From Promethearchaeota archaeon (GTDB lineage: Archaea; Asgardarchaeota; Lokiarchaeia; Sigyniarchaeales; Promethearchaeaceae), in contig JAFGBS010000004.1 in the NCBI GenBank assembly GCA_016933055.1, positions 360,001 to 392,000 of the forward strand: a stretch of 32,000 bases of DNA, in the 5' to 3' direction. Below the pieces are notes generated by a model. The model was not told where the DNA came from, ran no database searches, and saw only the letters and a list, made by a program, of their open reading frames with translations. Of the stretch, positions 17,175 through 26,100 are shown in pieces (position 1 is the stretch's first letter; every line of letters begins with the position of its first letter). The translations under genes were made by a program, and so were the position numbers.

Positions 17175-18126
17175 CTCCTCCCAGAGTATCGTTTTTTATC
17201 AAGTGGATGAAAACTTCCTCCAAGGTTGATTCTATCAATTTAAAATTTGAGACCGAAAGGTCATATTTTTCAACAAAATCATTAAATTTCTTAATATCTC
17301 TCAATGGATTGCTGGATACTATATTTACTTGGTCATTTTTTAGTTCAATGAATTGGAAAATAGATTTTAATTCATTGTTTTGTTCTTGTGATAATAGAGT
17401 ATTTATTTTAAAAGATAAATTGGTGTAAGGTTTGATCTTCTTGAGAAGATCTTCTGGTGATTGATCTGCAATAATTTTCCCCTTATTCATAATTAATACG
17501 CGATCACACACTTTTTGAGCTTCTTGCATGTTATGGGTTGTTAAAAGAATAGTTTTTCCTTCCCGTTTTAATTCCAGAATCTGATTACGAACGATGTCAA
17601 CTGAAAATGGATCCAATCCACTCATCGGTTCATCTAATATGATTATTGAAGGATTATGAAGAAGTGCTAAGCATACGTTTAACCGCTGTTTTAAACCTTC
17701 AGAAAGCGTTTTTGTCTTATCATGAATTTTATTCTCCAAATCAAAACGTTTCAATAATTCCTGTGCTTTCTCTTTAATCTGCGCTTTTGATAATCCATAT
17801 ATTGTTCCTGCGAAGGTTAGGTTCTGCCATACCGAAAAATCTAAAAACGCATTACTAACTTCAGGAACTATACCAAACTCTTTTTTCAATAACTTCGGAG
17901 AGTGTGTTAAATCGGAAGAATTGATTTTAACTTGAGAAGTGGATTCCAACTCGAAAATCCCTGTAATTAAACGGATCATGGTGGTCTTTCCAGCACCATT
18001 TGGTCCTAATACTCCAACTATTGATCCTTCTTCAATGGTAAAAGAGACATTGTCAACAGCGATTAAGGTTCCGAATGATTTTGTTAAATTAGCTGTTGTT
18101 AATGCTATCTTTTTAGACAAGCTCAT
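17155..18126 (-). CDS. ABC transporter ATP-binding protein (DrrA/CcmA-type exporter)
   Basis: Walker A GPNGAGKTT, signature LSEGLKQR, Walker B IIILDEP, H-loop TTHNM, C-terminal TLEEVFI. Confidence 0.95.
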   Translation of the reverse strand: MSLSKKIALTTANLTKSFGTLIAVDNVSFTIEEGSIVGVLGPNGAGKTTMIRLITGIFELESTSQVKINSSDLTHSPKLLKKEFGIVPEVSNAFLDFSVWQNLTFAGTIYGLSKAQIKEKAQELLKRFDLENKIHDKTKTLSEGLKQRLNVCLALLHNPSIIILDEPMSGLDPFSVDIVRNQILELKREGKTILLTTHNMQEAQKVCDRVLIMNKGKIIADQSPEDLLKKIKPYTNLSFKINTLLSQEQNNELKSIFQFIELKNDQVNIVSSNPLRDIKKFNDFVEKYDLSVSNFKLIESTLEEVFIHLIKNDTLGGVGNETH

Positions 18127-18847
18127 TATTCAATTGAATTGTGAAGACTAAATAAAATCATTCATTATTTTTCATCCTCTTCATTGCCAGACTAATCCGC
18201 TCTATTATATGAATACCTCCTAATGATTTTAGTGTGTATTATTTCCTCACACATCAACCCCAGTGAAATTTTGAACTGATTTGAAGACGAGATAATATAC
18301 TGTTTAGCTAAATAGAAATTAGCAGTAAAATTAGATAAGGATCTAGATTCTATCCGATCATCCTTGGAAGATTAGACTCGAATATAAATACATTAGTGTC
18401 CTGCGAAACCATGCTAGACATCGTACAATATAGTAATAATGAAAATTTAGAAGAAAAAAGCCTAATATACACTTCAAACCAGAATTATAGTGCGTTTGGG
18501 TCGCAAAACAAGTCAGCAAGAAACGATTAATCTCCGTGTAAAATATACGAACATAAATATTGAGGACATCATTAACATGATAAAAAAAATCCCAATTATT
18601 ATTGTCCATATAGCTTTTTATCTATTATCCCTCAACTTAAGATAAAAAGGGTATCTCTTATCATCTGAGATCTTCCTAACTTCTTAAAGAAGAGTACAAT
18701 TTTCGCCGTAAGCCCCCTCATTATTGCTGTAATTAGGCATATATAACCAACTGAGTCTCAGCTGATTGATTTTATGCATCTCCTAAATTGATATGGTTTT
18801 TGGCAAATAAACGCGTGCAGTAATATTCTTGGTTCTATAAAACAAAA

Positions 18848-19876
18848 TCAACTTCTTAATCTTGCTCTTGTTTTTATTATCGCTTGATTTTGATCTTTTA
18901 CCAAACACCCTAATAATATAATAAATCCTATAAGTGTAGCTATCGAGGAGGTGATGAGACCTTTCAGCAAACTACCAAAAACTTCGGATTTTGATAGGAC
19001 TTCATATTTAACACACGCTGCACCAAGCATTGAAATCCCAATTCTAAATTCAAAAGAAATTTGTGAATAACCATAAAGAGTCAAATTGATGGCATGTGAA
19101 TAATATCCTGGTGATGTATTAGGGACATAAGGAAAATAAAAGAAGGAACTCCCTCCAATATATATGGAAGCGGTTTTTAATTCTATTTCTCCCACAGATG
19201 AATTTACAGAATATTCTAAGAAATCACTTGATAATGAATAACTCAAATTATATTCATTTTCATTTATCCAAAAATACATATCCCCTGAAAAATTTGATAT
19301 ATCCTTGACATAAATTAAATTCTGCTTGGAAAACAAGTAATATCCAGAGCCGATGCTGCTGTACATCCCTCCATCTTCTGAAAAACTTGAATGAAATAAT
19401 CCGACTAGTAAATTTTCGAATCGTTGAGGTGAGCTTAGTTCGTATTGAACCTCAACTTGGGAATTATCTACTTGAAATTCCGTCATGTTCGTAAGTAAAA
19501 AAACTGTGTAGAATGTAAGCCCGTAATTGGCTTTTATGGTTAAATATATTTGAGTTCTATTAAATAATAACGGAATTATTGAATGCGTGTCGGATGTGAA
19601 ATTCGGCTCAACGCCTTTATGAATATCAAATGCGAAATTAAATTCGTATAGATATTGTTTATGTATCCGCATTTCTCTTACGGAATACGATAATGTGATA
19701 TTCGAATTGGGGGTTGGTTGGATGTATTGGGTGCCCGATGTTTGTATTCGAACAGATGCGTCAACTGCAGGAGAAACTACTAAAAAATTCACCAAGAAAA
19801 TACCGGATGGAATCACAAACACAAGGATACTCCCAATAATTACTGCCCATTTAAACTTTTTATCTATTATTACCAA
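18848..19876 (-). CDS. Hypothetical surface glycoprotein with N- and C-terminal TM anchors (paralog A)
   Basis: TTG start preceded by AAGGTGA; TM at both ends; many N-x-S/T sequons; clearly homologous to 25024..26067. Confidence 0.8.
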   Translation of the reverse strand: MVIIDKKFKWAVIIGSILVFVIPSGIFLVNFLVVSPAVDASVRIQTSGTQYIQPTPNSNITLSYSVREMRIHKQYLYEFNFAFDIHKGVEPNFTSDTHSIIPLLFNRTQIYLTIKANYGLTFYTVFLLTNMTEFQVDNSQVEVQYELSSPQRFENLLVGLFHSSFSEDGGMYSSIGSGYYLFSKQNLIYVKDISNFSGDMYFWINENEYNLSYSLSSDFLEYSVNSSVGEIELKTASIYIGGSSFFYFPYVPNTSPGYYSHAINLTLYGYSQISFEFRIGISMLGAACVKYEVLSKSEVFGSLLKGLITSSIATLIGFIILLGCLVKDQNQAIIKTRARLRS

Positions 19877-19880
19877 ATTT

Positions 19881-19887
19881 TCACCTT
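19881..19887 (-). promoter_or_regulatory. Archaeal-type Shine-Dalgarno site (AAGGTGA)
   Basis: Lies 4 nt upstream of the TTG start at 19876 on the minus strand. Confidence 0.5.
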
Positions 19888-20008
19888 CGCAATAACCATT
19901 TAACTCCGTATAATTATGGTACTAAGTTACATATAAGCATGTCGAGGTTACAGTAGATGGAAATTGAGAGTGATACCCTGAAATAAAATTGGTGGATGAT
20001 GTAAGATT

Positions 20009-21544
20009 TTACAAATATTCCCACACGCCACTACCTTTGAAATTATGAACAATAGTTTTTGTTGTAGTTAACTGGTAGGCAGAATAGCCGATACCTTCTC
20101 TCCCTATACCTGAATCTTTTACACCACCAAATGGATAATATCCAATCCCATGTCGCGGATATTCATTTACAAATACTGCACCAACTTCTAAACTACGGGC
20201 AATTTTCTGTATTTTTGATTCATTTTCGCTAAAAATAGATGCATCTAATCCAAATCGGGACAGATTAGATAGCTTTAATCCTTCGGTGGGAGTTTCAATT
20301 TTAATTATGAGTGATAGAGGTCCGAATATTTCATCTTGAAACGCTATTAATTGAGGTAACATATCGGTGGTAACCTCCATTAATAATGGGTCGATATAAT
20401 TATCGTGACGGTTGAATTTGGTTAATAAATTGGCTCCTTTTTGCAATGCATCCTTATAGGCTTCTTCAATTTTATCCGTACTCTTCATATCAATTAAAGG
20501 TCCCATGATTGCTTCTTTATGGATGAGAGGATTTTCTGCTTTCACATTTTCTAATTTCTTGAGTAAATTTGTCTTTAGTTCGGAATAAATTCCCGATTCT
20601 ACAAAAATCAGTTTTATTGCATCGCACCGCTGTCCTGCATATTTCACAATGCCATTGAAGAGTTTATCTACAGTTCTCTCTATATTACAATCATTCAGAA
20701 CAATAGCGGGGTCCTTTCCTCCCAATTCCATGTGATAATTCTTAATTCCCCCTTGTTTAATGATGGTTTCACCTACGGCAGTACTGCCCGTAAAACTAAT
20801 GGCACAAAATTTGCGATTTTGAACCAATACATTAGTCTCTTTCCCGCGAATGGTCAAAACTGTAAGGCTACCTACAGGTAAACCCGATTGTTCTAAAATC
20901 CGTGTAAGCATAAGAGGCGCAATAGGAGCTGCCGATGCAGGTTTCAAAAATACTGCATTTCCCACTAATATGGAAGGGATTATTTTCGTTGCGGGTATGA
21001 ACAAGGGATAATTAAAGGGACCGATGGTGAGAATCAATCCGAATGGCTCCCGTTTAACAAAGCCTTGAGTCTCATAGGTCTCTTCACTCCAGTCACCCGG
21101 AATATATTCACCCATTAGACGAGTACTCTCCATAGTCGTTTTATCCAGTCGTTCAATAGTTGCATTCACTTCCCCCGTGGCGTTTTCTAGTGGTTTTCCG
21201 GCGCTTTTTACCAAGACGTCAATGAAATCTTGTTTAGATTCCTCCATTATTTTAACAGCGGAGAGGAAAGTTTTAATGCGTTTTTGACCTGGATAGTTAC
21301 GAATATTCTTTCTTCCATCTTGATATGCTGAATCTATAGCAATATTGATCGTTTTGGATGTTGGAATGGTTACTCGAGCGATAAGTGCTCCATCTATCGG
21401 AGAGTGGATTTCCATGAATTTCTCACAAAAAAGCCATTTTCCCCCGATGAAATTCTTAAATTCGGGAATCCCATCCTCTCCGATTTGATAAATATCTTGA
21501 AATATTTCATGCGTAAGTTCGATTTTCATTGGGTTATTTTGCAT
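20009..21544 (-). CDS. gapN: Non-phosphorylating glyceraldehyde-3-phosphate dehydrogenase (archaeal GAPN, ALDH superfamily)
   Basis: GEYIPGDW...ET.G.V.REP, PFNYPLF, FTGST, MELGGKDP, catalytic YAGQRCDAIKL, PRHGIGYYPFGG, and a C-terminal KTIVHNFKGSGVWEY, all matching Thermoproteus tenax-type GAPN as recalled. Confidence 0.92.
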   Translation of the reverse strand: MQNNPMKIELTHEIFQDIYQIGEDGIPEFKNFIGGKWLFCEKFMEIHSPIDGALIARVTIPTSKTINIAIDSAYQDGRKNIRNYPGQKRIKTFLSAVKIMEESKQDFIDVLVKSAGKPLENATGEVNATIERLDKTTMESTRLMGEYIPGDWSEETYETQGFVKREPFGLILTIGPFNYPLFIPATKIIPSILVGNAVFLKPASAAPIAPLMLTRILEQSGLPVGSLTVLTIRGKETNVLVQNRKFCAISFTGSTAVGETIIKQGGIKNYHMELGGKDPAIVLNDCNIERTVDKLFNGIVKYAGQRCDAIKLIFVESGIYSELKTNLLKKLENVKAENPLIHKEAIMGPLIDMKSTDKIEEAYKDALQKGANLLTKFNRHDNYIDPLLMEVTTDMLPQLIAFQDEIFGPLSLIIKIETPTEGLKLSNLSRFGLDASIFSENESKIQKIARSLEVGAVFVNEYPRHGIGYYPFGGVKDSGIGREGIGYSAYQLTTTKTIVHNFKGSGVWEYL

Positions 21545-21969
21545 AATTAAATGGGAAAGAATCCGAACTTTTAATGCTCGTTCTAATAATTTATTTTTTG
21601 ACGGAATCAGTTATATATTTTCAAAGAGCTTAAAAATGCTCTTTAGAGTCAGAATTTTTTTCTTTTTTTCTTAATTATGAATTTTTTTCAACAATTCTGT
21701 TTGCTCAGTTAACTGTTCCATTATTTCGTTCAAAATTTCCATCAATATAAAAGAAAAACAAGTAACTTTTCGAAAAAATATATAAGGAAAACCGTTAGTA
21801 CTCAGAATCTCGTGCTTAAAAAACTATTAAATCAGGAATTTTCTGAATTTATTTTGAAATTAGAGAGAGGAGAGAGATACAATAATAAAACTTTTCTCGT
21901 AAAACAGAAAGTACCGAATTGTTCTCCCTAATCTTATGTTCTAGAGCATCTGTTTTTGATCTTTCGAAA

Positions 21970-23268
21970 TTAAGATATCAATGATCGTTCTTCAGAAAAT
22001 TCGAGGAATTCTTCAGTATCAATGATCTTCTTTATATTCTGAACCACCTGCCATATTTCATCATAACTGTTATATAGGGCGATTGGTGCTATTCGGATAA
22101 TGTTTGGGGGTCGAAAATCTGGAATGATACCATGTTTCTTCATTGCTTTACATATTTGATATGCATTATCGTCACGGAGTAATGCAATATGTCCCCCTCG
22201 ACGATAAGATTCTCGGGGTGTACCGATTCGTATATTGTATGGAGGGTTTTTTAAATAATGATCCGTAAGCTCTATGAGATATTGGGTTAGGTTAAGTGAT
22301 TTTTGACGAATTTGGGCAATTCCCGCATCTAAAGTAACTTCAAGAGCCCCTTCAACTCCACCCGATGCAATAATCCCAGGTGAGGAGATTTGCCATCCTC
22401 CCGCATTATACGCTTTTTCATAATCTAATGCCATATCAAATTGTTTTTCTTTCACATATCCGAACCACCCAAGGAGATTTGTCGTTCTATGAAAATGTTT
22501 TTCGTTTACATACAAAAATCCGGGTGCTCCTGGCCCCCCATTTAGATATTTATACCCGCACCATACTGCAAAATCGACATCCCACTCATGTAATTTGTGA
22601 GGTATTGCTCCTACGGAATGAGCACAATCAAATCCGACACAAATTCCATCTTTGTGTGCTGCTTGTGTTAAATGATGTATGTCCAACAGTTGCCCACTGC
22701 AGTATAAAACGGAGGGAAGGAATACAAGTGCGACATCCTCTTGCATTCTCTCAATAATTCTCTCTTCGGTAAGAGTTAACCCATTTTCGCTGGGAATAAG
22801 AATTAATTCTTCTGCAGGATCTAAACCATGCATTCGTATTTGTCCCATTAATGCATAAATATCCGTTGGAAAATTCAGTTCATCCGCCAGGATTTTCGTT
22901 CTTTTTCCTTTAGGTTGATAGAATGTGTCTACTAATGTATGGATATTTACAGTTGTAGTTCCAGTCATAATAACTTCCGATGGTTTCGCTCCTACAATCG
23001 GGGCAATTTTTTTACCCATTTCTTCTGCGAAAAAAAACCAAGGGATTTTACCCTCTAACCAACCGTTTATGCCCAAAGTCTTCCATTCATTTAATATTCT
23101 CTGAATGCTCGTTTCCGACTTCTTCGGCATTAATCCTAACGAATTACCATCCATATAAATAGAATTTTCGGTTAAACTGAATTGGTTTCGATATATTTTC
23201 AGGGGATCTTGACGATCCATGGATATTGCGTAGTTTTCCGAAAATTTGTCTAGTTCGGACAAAATCAT
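21970..23268 (-). CDS. kynU: Kynureninase (PLP-dependent)
   Basis: YMDGNSLGLMP, NFPTDIY, FDCAHSVG, PLP-Lys motif WCGYKYLNGGPG, GWQISSP, RRGGHI, PDFRPPNIIRIAP..LYN. Confidence 0.95.
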   Translation of the reverse strand: MILSELDKFSENYAISMDRQDPLKIYRNQFSLTENSIYMDGNSLGLMPKKSETSIQRILNEWKTLGINGWLEGKIPWFFFAEEMGKKIAPIVGAKPSEVIMTGTTTVNIHTLVDTFYQPKGKRTKILADELNFPTDIYALMGQIRMHGLDPAEELILIPSENGLTLTEERIIERMQEDVALVFLPSVLYCSGQLLDIHHLTQAAHKDGICVGFDCAHSVGAIPHKLHEWDVDFAVWCGYKYLNGGPGAPGFLYVNEKHFHRTTNLLGWFGYVKEKQFDMALDYEKAYNAGGWQISSPGIIASGGVEGALEVTLDAGIAQIRQKSLNLTQYLIELTDHYLKNPPYNIRIGTPRESYRRGGHIALLRDDNAYQICKAMKKHGIIPDFRPPNIIRIAPIALYNSYDEIWQVVQNIKKIIDTEEFLEFSEERSLIS

Positions 23269-23474
23269 AATCCTTTAACGATTTAATATTGAAATGTATG
23301 GGATTGTTTTTAAAAATCTTATTTACTTGTTCGTTCCTTATCTTGCTCATCATTTTTTAGCGAGATTTTGTCCATATTGAACTTGTAATATCTATGGGAT
23401 GATCATACGATTTGCAAATTTGAAGATATTTAAATATTGTATAGAATAGCTGACTTAATGAAAAAAAAGGGAAC

Positions 23475-24635
23475 TTAGTGGATAACATTATTACCAATTA
23501 TGTTATTTGTTCCACTATCGATAATCCCATTAGGTAGCGACATCACATCTACAATATTTCCGGTGATTACATTGTATGATCCAGACGCGGTTATCTGTAT
23601 GCCATAACAATTGGAAGGATTAAATGCCGTTATACAGAGAATATTCCCTGTTATTGAAGTATCATTGCCCTCTATATTGATCCCTACTACATTATATCCT
23701 GTGTAAATATCATACATGGTATTATCACTAATGCTATTGTAGGAGGCACTCGTAGTACACCACAAAACCCACACGAATCCACCAGCCGAATAGAAATCAC
23801 ATAAGATATTATTACTTATTATATTACTTTGCGACAAACCTTCCAAATAAATTCCATACATCCACCCCGTATCACCTTCAACAGAATCTAAGTCATATAT
23901 TATGTTCCCGGATAGGATATTAAAACTGGATTCAATTAAATGAATTGCATAAGCATCCCAATCATTTGTCCTTAGTTGAGAAATCGTATTCTCGATAACA
24001 TGGCAATTCCCACTTCCACTATCCATCACGATTCCCTCATACATATTGGTGATGATGCAATTTTCTATCCAAACGTTTTCTGAATTGATGTAAATGCCTC
24101 TCGCAATTCCCCCTTGGATCCTAACATTTTCAATACGCACGAGATTATTGTCATGTTCTGTAATATTTATTCCTTGTATACTTGGTGCAGAAATAGAGGA
24201 TGTATCAATATTCATATTTCTTAATACCATCGACTCCACATCTGTTATTACAAAAGTTTCATCATTGATATTGAGTGAGAGAGTTATCTCCCCTACCCCC
24301 TCTATTATGTAACTTCCTCCCCCATTGATATATATGGTGGAATACAAGGTAATATCTTCCGTAATAAGAATATGCCCCGTTCCCGTCCCTATTGTAATTA
24401 GTGCATCTTCTATTTCCTGTTGTGAAGAACAATAATAGGTATTCGGAACATCAGTCCCATTCAATCCATCTTCTCCGTCCGTACCATTTATTCCAGGAGG
24501 ACCTTGTGGACCTTCGGGACCTTCCGGACCAGTAGTCTCCAACTCGTAGACCATCACGAATGTACCTATGCCTAAACCTGATGCTCCAAGAACTAGCGAC
24601 ACAATAATCAGAGCTTGAGTTTTTCCATTTGACAT
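23475..24635 (-). CDS. Membrane-anchored protein with short collagen-like stalk and right-handed parallel beta-helix (NosD/pectin-lyase-like)
   Basis: N-terminal TM, nine Gly-X-Y triplets, then repeated N-I-I-S-x-N-x-I beta-helix rungs (NILSGNII, NIISNNIL, NSISDNTM, NVITGNIV, NIIGNNVI). Confidence 0.85.
   Translation of the reverse strand: MSNGKTQALIIVSLVLGASGLGIGTFVMVYELETTGPEGPEGPQGPPGINGTDGEDGLNGTDVPNTYYCSSQQEIEDALITIGTGTGHILITEDITLYSTIYINGGGSYIIEGVGEITLSLNINDETFVITDVESMVLRNMNIDTSSISAPSIQGINITEHDNNLVRIENVRIQGGIARGIYINSENVWIENCIITNMYEGIVMDSGSGNCHVIENTISQLRTNDWDAYAIHLIESSFNILSGNIIYDLDSVEGDTGWMYGIYLEGLSQSNIISNNILCDFYSAGGFVWVLWCTTSASYNSISDNTMYDIYTGYNVVGINIEGNDTSITGNILCITAFNPSNCYGIQITASGSYNVITGNIVDVMSLPNGIIDSGTNNIIGNNVIH
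24450..24530 (-). repeat. Collagen-like (Gly-X-Y)9 repeat; 9-nt periodic DNA
   Basis: Encodes GPE GPE GPQ GPP GIN GTD GED GLN GTD; on the + strand GGACC recurs every 9 nt around 24499-24530. Confidence 0.85.
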
Positions 24636-25023
24636 TTCACTTACTTCCTATTAAGTCACGTTTATGACTACACGTTATTGGGGTGAACATGCAAAAAAGT
24701 GTTCTGGATTTTTCTGTCATATCCCCACAGAAGGAATTTGCTACTTACACAAAAAAACTTTGATTTGTAAGATGGGTTCCACATCTCATATAAAAATATT
24801 AAAGGAGTCAGGTACGCCAAATAAGTAAAATAATTCTAGCTTGAGAATGTATTATAGGGATAATAATGGTTTGGAATTACCATCTTGAATAAACAGTGTA
24901 GTCCATAAAGGAAATGGGAGATATCAGGTTGTTTTATAAGATTTTTTTTTGTCAGTTCACAATGACAAAAAGGTAAAAAAAAGATAAATGGACCTTTTAT
25001 TTTAAATGAATAAGGAAAAATCC

Positions 25024-26067
25024 TTAGGATATTTTTCTCGGGTAATTTACCATGCTCCCCAAAATTATTAGAAATATTAGAATTGTAATTGAAGTAGATG
25101 TATAGAGAGATTTCAGAAAATTTTCTCGTCGTTGTTCTTCTAATGCTTTTTGTTGAGCCAGAATTTCTGCAATTGGTAGGATTTCATATTCAATTTCTGG
25201 TCCACCATATTCCACTCCTATCAAGAATTCAAAGCAAATGTGCTGATACGCACTAGTGAGCGTGATGTTAGAGGATTGTGAGTAATTTCCTGGCGGAGTG
25301 GGTGCATAGGGGAAATCTATAGACCCTATCTGGAATCTTTGATTGTCTGTTTTACCATGTATGGAGATTTGACCGGTCATCAATTCTAAATCTCCTATAG
25401 ATGAATTCAGACAATATATCAGGTTTAAGGTTGAATTTAGTAATACTCTATAACTCAGATGGTAACTGTTCGAATTAATCCAAAAATGAATAGTACCCGA
25501 AAAATCATATACATTCTCAGCAGAAATACTACTATTCCGAAAAGGTAGTATAATTTCTCCGCTAATTATTGTTATTCCTCCCTCCTCAGAAATGCTTGAT
25601 TGGTATAGCTTTACATCAAGATTTTCGAATCTCAAAGAGGATTCCATATCGGTTTTAATCTCTACTTGGGAATTATCCTTTTGTAATTCACTCATGTTCA
25701 AAACGAACATAGATGTATAGAATTCTAAACCAACGCTTGCTCTTATGCATAAATACATTTGAGTTCGATTGAATAGTTGATCAAGCCTTGTGAAATTTGG
25801 TTCAACTCCTTTCAGAATATCAAAAGAAAAATTAAATTGATACAAAAAATAGTCTTGAAGATCAATTTCCTTCACCGAATAAGAAAAGTCAATATCGGAA
25901 TCCGGAGTTGGATGAATATTACGATAAATTCCTGAACGATTTATCATGCTGTCATCTTCGTGTAGAGAAGAATGGATTATGATATAATACGCTAGCAAAT
26001 TACTTGAGGGTACTGCTAAAATGAATATCGTTCCGATAATAATTGTCCATTTTAATCTTTTATCCAT
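25024..26067 (-). CDS. Hypothetical surface glycoprotein with N- and C-terminal TM anchors (paralog B)
   Basis: Shares blocks such as FNF.FDI.KGVEPNFT, LFNRTQ.YL, DNSQVE, RFENL and S.SE.GG with 18848..19876; about 10 sequons. Confidence 0.8.
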   Translation of the reverse strand: MDKRLKWTIIIGTIFILAVPSSNLLAYYIIIHSSLHEDDSMINRSGIYRNIHPTPDSDIDFSYSVKEIDLQDYFLYQFNFSFDILKGVEPNFTRLDQLFNRTQMYLCIRASVGLEFYTSMFVLNMSELQKDNSQVEIKTDMESSLRFENLDVKLYQSSISEEGGITIISGEIILPFRNSSISAENVYDFSGTIHFWINSNSYHLSYRVLLNSTLNLIYCLNSSIGDLELMTGQISIHGKTDNQRFQIGSIDFPYAPTPPGNYSQSSNITLTSAYQHICFEFLIGVEYGGPEIEYEILPIAEILAQQKALEEQRRENFLKSLYTSTSITILIFLIILGSMVNYPRKIS

Positions 26068-26100
26068 TATACATCCACTTTCTATCGAGAAAATTTAAAT

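Noticed and set aside
17692-17709. ABC signature LSEGLK instead of LSGGQ/MK
   Set aside because: Substitutions at this position are common in DrrA-type ATPases; all other motifs are intact.
18127-18847. 720-nt intergenic stretch with short ORFs (83 aa minus; about 39 aa plus) as a possible ncRNA or hidden gene
   Set aside because: No motif, repeat array or stable structure recognised; the ORFs look like chance AT-rich frames.
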